Source: Candidatus Latescibacterota bacterium
Lineage (GTDB): Bacteria > Latescibacterota > UBA2968 > GCA-2709665
Direction of reading: 5' to 3'
NCBI GenBank assembly: GCA_965203805.1
Contig: OZ241917.1
Coordinates: 1,664,001-1,728,000, forward strand
Length of the DNA: 64,000 nucleotides
The notes beneath the pieces are model-generated. The model was not told where the DNA came from, did no database searches, and saw nothing but the letters and a program-made list of their open reading frames with translations. How positions within the stretch are numbered: position 1 is the first letter of the stretch; each line of letters begins with the position of its first letter. Position numbers and translations under genes: made by a program. Shown here piece after piece: positions 45,589 through 55,965 of this stretch.

Positions 45589-46497
45589 TCATTTCCCATC
45601 CCATCCATTCAGAACCTCGATGGCGGCCTGCCGGACCCGCAAGTCCGGATCCTGATTACGCAGCCGCTGCAGCGCAGGTGCCAGCGACGTCGCGTTGAGC
45701 ATGCCCACGGCCCTGATCGCTTCGACGAGAATATTACGTCGCCCCTCTCCGCTTATCCTTTCGAAACCATTCAGATACCCCGGGCTCAGCATTTCGCCCA
45801 GCACCTCCAGACCCGCGCTGTTACCGGCGGAAGCCAATTGCAATGCGGCGTTCCAGCGAACGTCCGGGGTTCGGTCGTGAAGCGCCTGTTCGAGTGCCGG
45901 CGGCACTCGCGGATCATCGAAATTGCCCAGCGCGAATACCGCGGCCTTGCGCAATCCGGCATCGTCGCCTGACGCGATCCTGATAAGATGCGGGACGGCC
46001 GTGGGATCTGCCTGCGCCCGGAGCGAGAACATTGCGTTGATACGGGTTTCGTCGTCCGGGTCATCCAGTGCGGAAATCAGAACGCCGACGAGTTCAGGAT
46101 CCCGCACCCGTCCCATCGCAGCGGCGAGAAAGCGCCTCACCCGCGGATCGTCCGAGCGGGAAGCTTCGAACACCCGGATCAACTCCCCGACGAACCTGTG
46201 ACCGATCCGTCCTTCCCGCTGTTCCTGGTCGAGTACCGTGGCCAGTTCATACGCCGCCTGCCACCGGCTGTTGATGCCGCCCACGCGAATGGTATTGAGA
46301 TAGTCCTCCGCGGTCTTTCTTTCGGCCGTCAACAACCCCAGCCCCAGGTATATGGCAAGCGCCACGAGGATGATCGCCACCGGAAAGATGACGAACTGCG
46401 AAACCAGCCTTGCCCGTGAGACGTCCGCGTCCGAAACCGGAGCGGTGGCGTCTTCGGCGATTTTTCTGAGTTCCTCTTCGGGAGTCGGTTCGTTCAT
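45589..46497 (-). CDS. Membrane-anchored HEAT-repeat protein
   Basis: One TM helix, then DPRVRR..A, DPDDETR, DAGLRKAA, TPDVRWNAA, DPDLRVR repeats. Confidence 0.85.
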   Translation of the reverse strand: MNEPTPEEELRKIAEDATAPVSDADVSRARLVSQFVIFPVAIILVALAIYLGLGLLTAERKTAEDYLNTIRVGGINSRWQAAYELATVLDQEQREGRIGHRFVGELIRVFEASRSDDPRVRRFLAAAMGRVRDPELVGVLISALDDPDDETRINAMFSLRAQADPTAVPHLIRIASGDDAGLRKAAVFALGNFDDPRVPPALEQALHDRTPDVRWNAALQLASAGNSAGLEVLGEMLSPGYLNGFERISGEGRRNILVEAIRAVGMLNATSLAPALQRLRNQDPDLRVRQAAIEVLNGWDGK

Positions 46498-46565
46498 TTC
46501 ACAACCTCTGCAGCGAATAACTGCAAATGCCACCCACCGGGCGGACGCGCGAATACACGCAGTCC

Positions 46566-46595
46566 AATATATACAGCGCCGGCACGCGCTGTCAA
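46566..46595 (-). promoter_or_regulatory. Sigma70-type promoter (HEAT gene)
   Basis: TTGACA-N18-TATATT on the minus strand. Confidence 0.55.
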
Positions 46596-46641
46596 GGTTT
46601 TGGTCCCGCGCGAAGTTTGCCCGGCCCTGGACCCTTCCTTC

Positions 46642-46670
46642 TTGACAACCCCCGGCAAAGACCTTATTTT
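46642..46670 (+). promoter_or_regulatory. Sigma70-type promoter (ferredoxin gene)
   Basis: TTGACA-N17-TATTTT. Confidence 0.6.
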
Positions 46671-46727
46671 ATCCTCGGACGACACAGACTGCATCTGGAA
46701 TTTCCGAACACAGGAGATCACAATACA

Positions 46728-47459
46728 GTGAACGTCGACCTTACCCAGTTTGACGGCATCACCGACCGGGTGGCGCGCGCCAGGGCCAAAGCCGAGGCCA
46801 TGCGGAACGCAAAACAGGGCGGTGGCGACGCGGAATCCGCACCCGACGCGGCCAGGGCCGAACTGGAAGCATCGGCCGCACCCGCGGAAGCCGAACAGGA
46901 ACCCGCCGGCCTGACCATTCTCGAATTCAGGCCCGGCATCCACTTCAAACTGAACGGGCGGGCCGGACGGACGGTGGGCATCCGTTACGATCTGGTCAGT
47001 TTCGTGTACGACGACGACCCCGACCAGCTCGTTACCGCGGACCGATACCGCCTCAGTCACGCCCACGCCGAAGGCACGCTGGAATTCGCGCCGAAGTCGG
47101 AGGTCTACAGACCGGAGCGCGTCGCGAAGAAAGAACGCGTCGACTTCCACGAACACCTGTGGCTCGAGTCCCGCTCCGGCATGACGGCCAAGAAGAAACG
47201 GCCGCGGCATATCGCCATTATCAACCCGGACTACTGCACCGGCTGCAATGCCTGCATCGAAGTCTGTCCGACCGACTGTATCGAGGAAGTGGACGTGGCC
47301 GATGCGGGCCTCGACGGCATCGGCACATTCTGTGAAGTGCGCCTGGAAGACTGCATCGGATGTATCCAGTGCGTGCACATCTGTCCGTGGGAAGCCATCG
47401 AAATGGTGGACACCCCGCGGGTCGAGGAGGCATACGGCATTCCCGTGGGGACGCTGTAG
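46728..47459 (+). CDS. 2x[4Fe-4S] ferredoxin-domain protein with N-terminal DRVARA motif
   Basis: AGGAG RBS, GTG start; CTGCNACIEVCP and CIGCIQCVHICP. Confidence 0.9.
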   Translation: MNVDLTQFDGITDRVARARAKAEAMRNAKQGGGDAESAPDAARAELEASAAPAEAEQEPAGLTILEFRPGIHFKLNGRAGRTVGIRYDLVSFVYDDDPDQLVTADRYRLSHAHAEGTLEFAPKSEVYRPERVAKKERVDFHEHLWLESRSGMTAKKKRPRHIAIINPDYCTGCNACIEVCPTDCIEEVDVADAGLDGIGTFCEVRLEDCIGCIQCVHICPWEAIEMVDTPRVEEAYGIPVGTL

Positions 47460-47486
47460 ATCGAAACTGAAAGAGGTCATATTGAG

Positions 47487-47520
47487 AGAGCGTCGACCGG
47501 TTCGAGTCGACGCTCTTTTT
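47487..47520 (+). terminator. Intrinsic terminator
   Basis: AGAGCGTCGAC-loop-GTCGACGCTCT followed by T tract. Confidence 0.85.
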
Positions 47521-47743
47521 CTATAGCTGGAATCCAGTGTTCTGTCCCGGAAATAAGTTGCCTGAATTCGGCCGTCGAGTCGCCCGGCTCGCATCCTTCG
47601 ACAGGCTCTGGACCCAGCGCCGGAGCGCAGGCGACCTGGCACGGTCGTCGAGCGATGGCAACGCCGCGAGACGGGATGAATCTGCGGAAGAATGGTGAGG
47701 TATTTCCGGGACAGGACACTAGAACGGCGAACAACGCTGCCCG

Positions 47744-48712
47744 TCAGCTGACGCCTGACGTCAGCGCCTCGGAGACGCAGGCCATGTCCGGCGGCAGGTC
47801 CGCGTGGAATTCCAGTGCTTTGCTCGAGACCGGATGGTTGAAACCGAGCACGCCGGCATGCAACATCTGCCGATTCGCCAGATCCAGGACCGTCCTGGCC
47901 GCGTTCCGCAACGACGGCGCAATCCCTCGAATCCGCTTCGGGCCCCCTCCGTAGGTGGTATCTCCGAATACCGGATGGCCGACGTGGGCGAGATGCACGC
48001 GAATCTGATGCGTTCGACCCGTCTCCAGCCTCAATCCCAGCGTCGACGCGAACCCGTGGAACGCCTTTACCTCGTACCCGGTGGCGGCAGCGCGTCCACC
48101 GGTGTCCACCACGGCCATGCGCCTGCGGTCTTCATGGCTCCTGCCGATGGCCTTTTCGATGCGGCCGCGCTCCGCCCGGGGTTGCCCCCATACAATGGCG
48201 GAATATCGCCTGGTCACCGTACGCGCCTCCAACTGCCGTGCCAGCCCCCGGTGGGCCGCGTCGTTCTTGGCCACCATCAGCAGACCCGATGTTTCTCTGT
48301 CCAGCCGGTGTACGATTCCGGGGCGCAGAACGCCGTTGATCCCGGAGAGACCGTCGCAATGGGCAAGGAGGCCGTTAACCAGCGTACCGGATCGCATGCC
48401 GCCCGTGGGGTGCACGACCATGCCCGCAGGCTTGTTGACGACAAGCAGATCCGCGTCTTCAAATAAGACGTCCAGAGGAATCTCCTCCGGATCGATTCCG
48501 GGCGGCCGGGGGGCAGGCAGACAGACGACGATCCTTTCTCCGACCGAAACCCGGTAGCTTGATCGAACCCGTTTTCCCCTTACCAGCACATCCCCCGAGG
48601 CAATCAGCGCCTGGATTCGAGACCGGGAGAATGGTTCGCAAATGGCCGCCAGCAGGCGGTCCAGCCGGCTGCCCGCGTGTTCCGGAAGGACGGCAACGTC
48701 AATCTTCGTCAT
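47744..48712 (-). CDS. rluD: RluA-family 23S rRNA pseudouridine synthase
   Basis: S4 domain RLD..L..SRSRIQ, VNKPAGMVVHP, GIVHRLDRETSG, TGRTHQIRVH. Confidence 0.9.
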   Translation of the reverse strand: MTKIDVAVLPEHAGSRLDRLLAAICEPFSRSRIQALIASGDVLVRGKRVRSSYRVSVGERIVVCLPAPRPPGIDPEEIPLDVLFEDADLLVVNKPAGMVVHPTGGMRSGTLVNGLLAHCDGLSGINGVLRPGIVHRLDRETSGLLMVAKNDAAHRGLARQLEARTVTRRYSAIVWGQPRAERGRIEKAIGRSHEDRRRMAVVDTGGRAAATGYEVKAFHGFASTLGLRLETGRTHQIRVHLAHVGHPVFGDTTYGGGPKRIRGIAPSLRNAARTVLDLANRQMLHAGVLGFNHPVSSKALEFHADLPPDMACVSEALTSGVS

Positions 48713-49163
48713 CCTTTCCGCCCTTCAGAAGACCGCAGCCCAGGATCAACAGGCCGGCCCCCACCGTGACGGATGCGTCGGCGACGTTGAACACCCACCA
48801 GCGAAGGGATCCGAGTCCGAAATCCAGAAAATCGACCACGGCGCCGAAACGGACCCGGTCGATGACGTTGCCGACGGCGCCGCCCAGCACAAGCGCCAGG
48901 CCGGCCGACGCCACCCGTTCCCCGGGCGGCAGCCGGAGCCACATCAGCGCGACCATGATCAATGCCACGCCGGCGAAAATCAGATGTGCAACGTTCCCGC
49001 CCAGCCTCAATCCGAACACGGCGCCGGGATTGTGTATATAGGTCAACCTGAAGAATGAGCCCAGCACGGGAATCGACTCGCCGAGGAACATCGATTCCAT
49101 CACCATCCGCTTTGACACCTGGTCGAGGAAAACGACAACACCGGAAATCCAGAGGCTCCGCAC
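48699..49163 (-). CDS. lspA: Lipoprotein signal peptidase II
   Basis: LDQVSK, NPGAVFG, GNVIDR, VVDF, FNVAD; GTG start. Confidence 0.95.
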   Translation of the reverse strand: MRSLWISGVVVFLDQVSKRMVMESMFLGESIPVLGSFFRLTYIHNPGAVFGLRLGGNVAHLIFAGVALIMVALMWLRLPPGERVASAGLALVLGGAVGNVIDRVRFGAVVDFLDFGLGSLRWWVFNVADASVTVGAGLLILGCGLLKGGKDDED

Positions 49164-49222
49164 ATCGCCCCCAATGGTGACGAATCGAACGCGCCCGATC
49201 CTGCAACGGGCCGGCGGACGAA

Positions 49223-49606
49223 TTATGAAGAACGAAAACCCTGCCGCTGTTCGCCTTCCTTGCAGGGAACGCACAGGCGGGTTGTGGGCACGGCCTCCAG
49301 ACGCGCTTTCGGGATCGCTTTTGTGCATAGCCTGCATGCTCCGAACGTCCCTGCCTTTATGCGCTGCAGCGCGTCCTCCACCTGCGTCAGGTAGGCTCCG
49401 TCGCGAGACGCGAACAGAAACGCCTTTTCCCGTTCGATGGAGTCGCTGCCCAGCTCCGGCATATGATCCGAGTAAATCTGTCCGCCGGATGCCTCCTCGG
49501 ACGTCGCATGCATGGACCTCTGTTCCAGCATCCCCAGATCCTGAACGATGGACAACCGCTTTTTTTCCAGGATCTCCCGGAAGTATTTCAGATCTTTCTC
49601 GGTCAT
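49223..49606 (-). CDS. TraR/DksA C4 zinc-finger regulator
   Basis: Coiled coil with SDHMPELGSD, ALQRI..GTFGAC..C..I...RLEAVP...LCVPC. Confidence 0.9.
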   Translation of the reverse strand: MTEKDLKYFREILEKKRLSIVQDLGMLEQRSMHATSEEASGGQIYSDHMPELGSDSIEREKAFLFASRDGAYLTQVEDALQRIKAGTFGACRLCTKAIPKARLEAVPTTRLCVPCKEGEQRQGFRSS

Positions 49607-49703
49607 CGGCCTCTCCGACTGTCAATTCCAATTGTGCGCACCCGCAGGATGCCGCAATCCTCGCGCGTCCGTGATGTCCGGACCGAATATGGCCTTATAA
49701 CGT

Positions 49704-52700
49704 TCAATTGCGCAAAATGCCGATTGTGCCGCGCAACCCGTTCACCTGCCATTCCCGCTTAAACTGGCAGGAATCCGGCAGTTGGCCTACCAGCAATTCC
49801 TCGGCAAGCGTCTCCCCGCCGACGTACGACCGGTAGCGGGCGACCGCACGCTCCAGGCGACCTTCTCCGAATACCCCCACCTGGATGCGGTCGACGACGT
49901 TCAATCCCATCTCCTTCCGCATGTTCTGAACGCGGTTGACGAACTCGCGCGCGGTACACTCGTCGATCAGTTCCTCGTCGAGATGCACGTCCAGCCCCAC
50001 GCACAGGTTGTTCTCGACGGCAACGACCACGTCGTCTTTCTTTCGCCGCTGGATTTCCAGGTCTTCGAGGCCGATTTCGCCCCCCGCAACCGCCAGCGTC
50101 TCCCCCGTCTGCAGGCGTTCGACCTCGCCGGGCGCCAACCCGGCGATCCGTCCGGCCACTTCTTTCATGCGTTTCCCGAAACGCGGACCGAGCGCCCTGA
50201 AATTGGGTCTGTAGGTGATTTCGCTCAACTCGGTCTCGTCCTCGACAAACACGATCTCTTTGATATTCAGTTCCTCTGCGATCAGTCCCTGCATCGACGC
50301 CAGTGCATCGCGCCCGGCGGCATCGGGCGGCAGAAGGTAGACCCGTCGCAGCGGTTGGCGGACCTTCAGGTCGTGACGGCTGCGAAGCGACCGGCCGAGG
50401 GCAACCGCGCGCATCGCCAGATGCATCTGCGCCTCGAGTTCGGGATCGCGTAACGACTCATCCGCTTGCGGCATTTCGCACAGGTGCACACTCTCCGGCG
50501 CTTCCGGGTGCACGCTTCTCACCAGATTCTGATAGATATGCTCGGTTATGAACGGCAATACAGGCGCCATCGCCTTGACCAGCGCGACCAACACCTCGTA
50601 GAGTGTCTCGTAAACCGCCGCCTTGTCCTCGTCGTCTTCCGACTTCCAGAAGCGGCGGCGGCTGCGGCGGATGTACCAATTCGTCAGCTTTTCCACGAAC
50701 GAGACCATTACCGGCACGGTCCTGTACAAGCGGTAAGCCGACATCTCCGCGTTCATGTCGTGGAGCAGGGTCTGCAATTCCGACAGGATCCAGCGGTCCA
50801 GTTCGTGTGCGGGCGCGGACCCGGTCGACGAGGCGGGCGTCCAGCCGTCGATATTTGCGTAGGTGACGAAAATTCCGCCGTACGCGTTCCACAGTGGGAT
50901 AATGACCGACCTGAGGCTTTCCTGAATGCCCCGCTCGCTGATTCTCAGTTCCTCGGCCTTGAGCGCCGGGGAGTTGAGGAGATACAACCGTAACGCGTCC
51001 GCGCCGTACGCATCCAGCATTTCGGTGGGTTCCGGATAGTTCTTCAGCCGCTTGCTCATCTTGCGCCCGTCCTCAGCAAGCAGCATCCCGGAAACAATGC
51101 AATTCCTGAACGCCGGTTCCTCAAATAACGCGGCGGCGAGAACCGTCAGCGTATAAAACCAGCCGCGGGTCTGATCCAGCCCTTCCGAAATGAAATCTGC
51201 CGGAAAATTCGCATCGAAAAACGATCGGTTCGCGAACGGATAGTGTGTCTGGGCGTACGGCATGGACCCGGACTCGAACCAGCAATCCAGCACCTCGGGC
51301 ACGCGTTTCAACAAACCCCGTCCGGTGGGGCTGGGGATTTCGATATGGTCGATCAGGTGCTTGTGCAGATCCTCAACCTTGCGACCGCTCAAGCGCTCCA
51401 GTTCCTCCCGGCTTCCGAGACAGATCGTCTCCTTCGTCTCCTCATTACGCCACACGGGTAGCGGCGTGCCCCAGTACCGGTTCCTGCTGATCGCCCAATC
51501 GCGCGCATCCTCAAGCCATCGCCCGAACCGCCCGTTCTTGATGTGCTCCGGCACCCAGCGGATCCGCTGGTTGGCGGCGATCATCTTCTCCTTGATCGGC
51601 CCGATGGCCACAAACCACGTCGAAATCGCCCGATAAATCAGGGGAGAATCGCACCGCCAGCAATAAGGGTAACTGTGTACCAGCGTTCCGTCGGAAAACA
51701 GCAATTCACGCTTTCGCAGCTGTCTCACGATATCGCGGTCGACATCCTTTACGAAACGTCCAGCATAGTCCGGGACCTCGCCGGTAAACGCGCAGTCTTC
51801 GTCGATCGGACACACGACCGGGATGCCCTCTTCAACGCCCAATTGATAGTCGTCTTCGCCGAAACCCGGGGCGACATGGACAATTCCGGTACCGTCGTCG
51901 GTGGACACGAAATCGGCTGCAACCACACGAAACGCGCCCTCGTCTCCCAGTTCCGCAAAATAGCGGAACAACGGCTCGTAGCGCATCTCCAGCAGCCCCT
52001 CCGTCGGCTCCGGCTCCACCCGTACCACTTCTCCGTTTCGCCTGCCGAACACGGCATCGAAACGCGGTTCCGCAAGAATCAACTGCTCGCCGTTCTCCAT
52101 GTGGACGCGTACGTACCGGATATCCTCCCCCACCGCGAGCGCCATGTTTGAAGGCAGCGTCCACGGGGTCGTTGTCCAGGCGAGAATCGATGTATTCGCC
52201 TGTCCTCGCACCCGGAACCGCACCGTAATCGAAGGATCCTGGGTGTCCCGGTAGCCCCCAAGGTTCACCTCGAAATTCGAAAGCGGCGTAGCGCACCTTG
52301 GACAATAGGCGAGCGAATAGTAACCCTCGTAAACCAGGTCCTTCTCCCACAGGCTCTTGAACACCCACCACACCGACTCCATGAAATCCGGATCCATCGT
52401 CCTGTACTGGTGGTCCCAGTCCACCCACCGTCCGCATCGCTGGATGACCTGCTTCCACTCCGCCGTGTATTGAAGCACCTGTTCACGGCAGAACTCGTTG
52501 AACCGGTCCACTCCGAATGCAAGGATGTCTTTCCGGGACTTCAGGCCCAACTGCTTCTCGGCCTCGTTTTCGACCGGCAGACCGTGGCAATCCCATCCGA
52601 AACGCCGGTCCACCCGGTATCCGCGCATGGTCCAGTACCGCGGTACGACGTCTTTGATGATGGAGGCCAGCAGATGACCGTAATGCGGAAGCCCGCTGGC

Positions 52701-52874
52701 GAAGGGCGGTCCGTCATTGAAAATGAACGCGCTGGATGCCGGGCGGGTCGCCACCGACTTCGCAAACGTCCGGTTCTTCTCCCAGAAACGAAGGACTTCC
52801 CGCTCCATTTCGGGAAAGTTCATCCTGCCGGAAACATCTGCAAAACCCTTGCCTGCCTGCTTTAACGCCGCCAT
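49704..52874 (-). CDS. ileS: Isoleucine--tRNA ligase (type 2)
   Basis: DGPPFASGLPHYGH, GWDCHGLP, WTTTPWTLPSN, DWAISRNRYWG, DQTRGWF, KMSKR. Confidence 0.97.
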   Translation of the reverse strand: MAALKQAGKGFADVSGRMNFPEMEREVLRFWEKNRTFAKSVATRPASSAFIFNDGPPFASGLPHYGHLLASIIKDVVPRYWTMRGYRVDRRFGWDCHGLPVENEAEKQLGLKSRKDILAFGVDRFNEFCREQVLQYTAEWKQVIQRCGRWVDWDHQYRTMDPDFMESVWWVFKSLWEKDLVYEGYYSLAYCPRCATPLSNFEVNLGGYRDTQDPSITVRFRVRGQANTSILAWTTTPWTLPSNMALAVGEDIRYVRVHMENGEQLILAEPRFDAVFGRRNGEVVRVEPEPTEGLLEMRYEPLFRYFAELGDEGAFRVVAADFVSTDDGTGIVHVAPGFGEDDYQLGVEEGIPVVCPIDEDCAFTGEVPDYAGRFVKDVDRDIVRQLRKRELLFSDGTLVHSYPYCWRCDSPLIYRAISTWFVAIGPIKEKMIAANQRIRWVPEHIKNGRFGRWLEDARDWAISRNRYWGTPLPVWRNEETKETICLGSREELERLSGRKVEDLHKHLIDHIEIPSPTGRGLLKRVPEVLDCWFESGSMPYAQTHYPFANRSFFDANFPADFISEGLDQTRGWFYTLTVLAAALFEEPAFRNCIVSGMLLAEDGRKMSKRLKNYPEPTEMLDAYGADALRLYLLNSPALKAEELRISERGIQESLRSVIIPLWNAYGGIFVTYANIDGWTPASSTGSAPAHELDRWILSELQTLLHDMNAEMSAYRLYRTVPVMVSFVEKLTNWYIRRSRRRFWKSEDDEDKAAVYETLYEVLVALVKAMAPVLPFITEHIYQNLVRSVHPEAPESVHLCEMPQADESLRDPELEAQMHLAMRAVALGRSLRSRHDLKVRQPLRRVYLLPPDAAGRDALASMQGLIAEELNIKEIVFVEDETELSEITYRPNFRALGPRFGKRMKEVAGRIAGLAPGEVERLQTGETLAVAGGEIGLEDLEIQRRKKDDVVVAVENNLCVGLDVHLDEELIDECTAREFVNRVQNMRKEMGLNVVDRIQVGVFGEGRLERAVARYRSYVGGETLAEELLVGQLPDSCQFKREWQVNGLRGTIGILRN

Positions 52875-53028
52875 GAGGGTTTTTCCATCAATTGGTGGGT
52901 CTGTAATCCTGGGGATATCGAGCGCTTCAACGTCCAGTCATTTCCGGTACCGCGACCGATCGGAACCCGTTCCCTTCCGTGCCGCAGGCCGGTTCAGCCG
53001 GTCGTGTGTTGCATGGGAATATCGAATA

Positions 53029-53499
53029 TCAGCGATTCGACCGACCGTTCACCATCGCGACGATCCGATCTTTGTTCTCCTTCAGCAGCGCCTTCTGCTC
53101 CGGCCACATCATCACCGGCAGCCGATCGATCGGGAACCAGTCAACGATTTCGTGATGTTCGACGTCGGTCGGCACGACGTGCACCTGCTCGGTCCTATAG
53201 AGGAAATAGTGCGTGGTTTTCCATTCCGTGCGACGATAATTCATCCGTGCCCGCACGCCCATCGACTGGATCAGCTCCATCTCGGTAAAACCCGCCTCCT
53301 CCTCGATCTCCCGTCTCGCGGCTTCCTCGACGGACTCGCCTCCGTCCACGTGCCCCTTGGGAAGCACATATTCCTCGTACGACTGTTCGCGAATCAGCGC
53401 CACCAGCACCCGACCGTCCGCCACCCTCGCAACCACGCCCCCCGCCGAGACGGCTTCCGGGGCGTCCCCGGGCCTCCTGTACCATCGCTCATCGATCAT
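53029..53499 (-). CDS. NUDIX hydrolase
   Basis: SAGGVV, LPKGHVDGGESVEEAARREIEEEAG. Confidence 0.92.
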   Translation of the reverse strand: MIDERWYRRPGDAPEAVSAGGVVARVADGRVLVALIREQSYEEYVLPKGHVDGGESVEEAARREIEEEAGFTEMELIQSMGVRARMNYRRTEWKTTHYFLYRTEQVHVVPTDVEHHEIVDWFPIDRLPVMMWPEQKALLKENKDRIVAMVNGRSNR

Positions 53500-54383
53500 T
53501 GCAACCCACCCAGATAGTGTCCGTACAAGACATTCAGCCGCTGCCTCGCTTCATCGGGAATGGCGTCGGGCGACGTGATGATCGCGTCTCGCGCCGCGTG
53601 CAGGCATTCGCAATCGGTCGTCTCCGGAAGCAGCCCGGAGATTTCTCTCACGACCGCATTCGCCGTCCGCGTATTGGCCTTCATGATAGCGAGTACGGAC
53701 TCGATTTCGACGTCCCCTTCCTGCTCATGCCAGCAATCGTAATCCGTGCCCATGGAAAGCACGGCATAACACATCTCGGCCTCGCGGGCAAGTTTGGCCT
53801 CGGGAAGCGCCGTCATTCCAATCACCGTGGCATCAACGGCACGACGGTAAAAGTGCGACTCCGCCCGGGTCGAAAACTGCGGCCCTTCCATGCAGATATA
53901 GGTGCCGCCTTCGTGAACCACAGCGCCCGTGTTTCGCGCCGCCCGCACCACCAGGGAGCGCAGACCCGCGCAGAACGGGTCTGCGAAGGCAACATGTCCC
54001 ACCACCCCGTCGCCGAAGAACGTGGACGGCCTGATTCCCTTGGTACGGTCGAAAATCTGGTTCGGCACCACAATGTCTCCAGGCCTGATGTGTTCCTTCA
54101 TGATTCCCACGGCGCCTACCGCGAGAACGTGGGTAATTTCCAGTTGCTTCAAAGCATGGATATTGGCGCGGTATTTCACCTCGGACGGCAGCAACCTGTG
54201 ACCCCTTCCATGGCGAGGCAGAAACACGACCGCGCGTCCGTCGATATCCGTTTCCACCAGAAGATCGGACGGGCGTCCGAACGGCGTATCCACCTCACGT
54301 TCCCGCACCACCGTGACGCCTTCCATCTCATAGAACCCGGATCCGCCGATCACACCCAGGCGCAGCGGGGTAGGCTTTGTCAT
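53496..54383 (-). CDS. mtnP: S-methyl-5'-thioadenosine phosphorylase
   Basis: GVIGGSG, TPFG.PS, RHGRGH, EGPQFSTRAES, GMT..PEAKLARE, TDYDCW. Confidence 0.95.
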   Translation of the reverse strand: MTKPTPLRLGVIGGSGFYEMEGVTVVREREVDTPFGRPSDLLVETDIDGRAVVFLPRHGRGHRLLPSEVKYRANIHALKQLEITHVLAVGAVGIMKEHIRPGDIVVPNQIFDRTKGIRPSTFFGDGVVGHVAFADPFCAGLRSLVVRAARNTGAVVHEGGTYICMEGPQFSTRAESHFYRRAVDATVIGMTALPEAKLAREAEMCYAVLSMGTDYDCWHEQEGDVEIESVLAIMKANTRTANAVVREISGLLPETTDCECLHAARDAIITSPDAIPDEARQRLNVLYGHYLGGLQ

Positions 54384-54404
54384 GGAACCGCTCCGTTCCC
54401 GCTT

Positions 54405-55007
54405 CTACGACACGCTAAGGCCAAAGACCGTGAGAACGGCCGCCTTGGCGAAATTCAAAAGCAGAATCAACAGAATCGGCGACAGATCGAACATCCCCAA
54501 CGGCGGAATCATGCGCCGGAACGGGGCCATTACGGGCTCAGTCAGTGCATACAGCGTCCAGATCAGCCGCCCGTTCCGCAGAAAGGGAATCCAGGAGACA
54601 ATGATGCGAGCGAGGATCAACACAAGATAGACCGAAATCGCCCCGTAAAAGAGCCAGCCGATGACCTGTAGAAAAGCCAGGTTCAATAATGCCCGAACCA
54701 CGCCTTCCAACGCCAGAAGCACGTCGTTGCTGACCCACTTCAGAAAAAACGCGGCCAACAACGTTGCAAGAATCACGAACAACGGCGCAATGCCCAGACT
54801 GTTGGGCGCGGGCAGACTTTGCGCAACCGGCCAGATCATCGGATCGGTCCACTCCCGGACGATCTGGGCCAGCCGGCCAAAGGGCTGCACCCTGAACAGG
54901 ACCCATCGTAGAACCATCAGAACAACGACAACCACAACCGCCGCAAATGCCACGAAATTGACGGCCGCGCGCATATAGTCGATTACCTGAAGCAAAACGT
55001 ATAACAT
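54405..55007 (-). CDS. yggT: YggT-family membrane protein (two YGGT domains)
   Basis: WTDP..WP and [22 protein letters not shown]. Confidence 0.9.
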   Translation of the reverse strand: MLYVLLQVIDYMRAAVNFVAFAAVVVVVVLMVLRWVLFRVQPFGRLAQIVREWTDPMIWPVAQSLPAPNSLGIAPLFVILATLLAAFFLKWVSNDVLLALEGVVRALLNLAFLQVIGWLFYGAISVYLVLILARIIVSWIPFLRNGRLIWTLYALTEPVMAPFRRMIPPLGMFDLSPILLILLLNFAKAAVLTVFGLSVS

Positions 55008-55102
55008 AGTCGCCCTTCGCTGAACCCTGCCGACGCGGAAAGTCGCGCGCCCGTCAGGCGGCGGGTCGCAGCGATTTCATCCGGAAGCGTCCCGTCCCCG
55101 CG

Positions 55103-55792
55103 TCATCGCCTCGAGCCGAAGATCGCAGATCCTATGCGTACCATTGTGGCGCCTTCCTCAATTGCCACCTCAAAATCACCCGTCATCCCCATGGAAAGGT
55201 GTGCCATTGATACACCGGGCAACCTCGCCGCCGCGACCTTCTCGCTCAGTTGACGCAACTGGACGAAACATGGTCGCACCGCCTCCGGGTCCGGCAGAAA
55301 CCGGCCAATCGTCATCAACCCCTCCACACCCAATCCTTTTACTTCCGAAATCCGCCCGACCAGATCGACTGTGGCGTCGGGCCCGGACCCGAATTGCGAG
55401 GCCGACCCCGACGTATTCACCTGAACGAGCGTCCGTGCGGACATCCCTGCCTGCACGGCTCGTTTCCCGATCTCCTTTGCCAATCGAAAACTGTCCACCG
55501 AGTGAACCATTTCGAACATTCGGAGGGCGCTTTTCACCTTGTTCCGCTGCAGATGTCCCACGAGGTGCCATTCCACTGCACCCGTAACGCTGCCAACCTT
55601 CGTCTCGGCCTCCTGTACGCGGTTCTCGCCCAGAACGCGGACCCCGGCCTGCACCGCTTCCCCGACGGCCTCGACGGGCTTCGACTTTGAGACCGCGACA
55701 AGAGTTACATCGTGCGCCTGCCGCCCCGTTCGCTCGGCGGCGCTGGCGATGCGTTCACGGACCCGCTTCAGATTCTCGGAAATCGACTTCAT
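55103..55792 (-). CDS. yggS: PLP homeostasis protein
   Basis: [47 protein letters not shown]. Confidence 0.97.
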   Translation of the reverse strand: MKSISENLKRVRERIASAAERTGRQAHDVTLVAVSKSKPVEAVGEAVQAGVRVLGENRVQEAETKVGSVTGAVEWHLVGHLQRNKVKSALRMFEMVHSVDSFRLAKEIGKRAVQAGMSARTLVQVNTSGSASQFGSGPDATVDLVGRISEVKGLGVEGLMTIGRFLPDPEAVRPCFVQLRQLSEKVAAARLPGVSMAHLSMGMTGDFEVAIEEGATMVRIGSAIFGSRR

Positions 55793-55965
55793 TGGCGCTG
55801 CGCCACAACAAAAAAGGGTGAATTGCGGTTCCGATACAGAATAACAAATTTACAACAAGGCAACCATTTTGGCAACCCATTCGCAGACCGGGAATTCCCG
55901 AATTCAACCATCGGCCTTACCAGCAATCTGCCAAACAACGAAAAACAAGCGGATTACGCGGAAGA

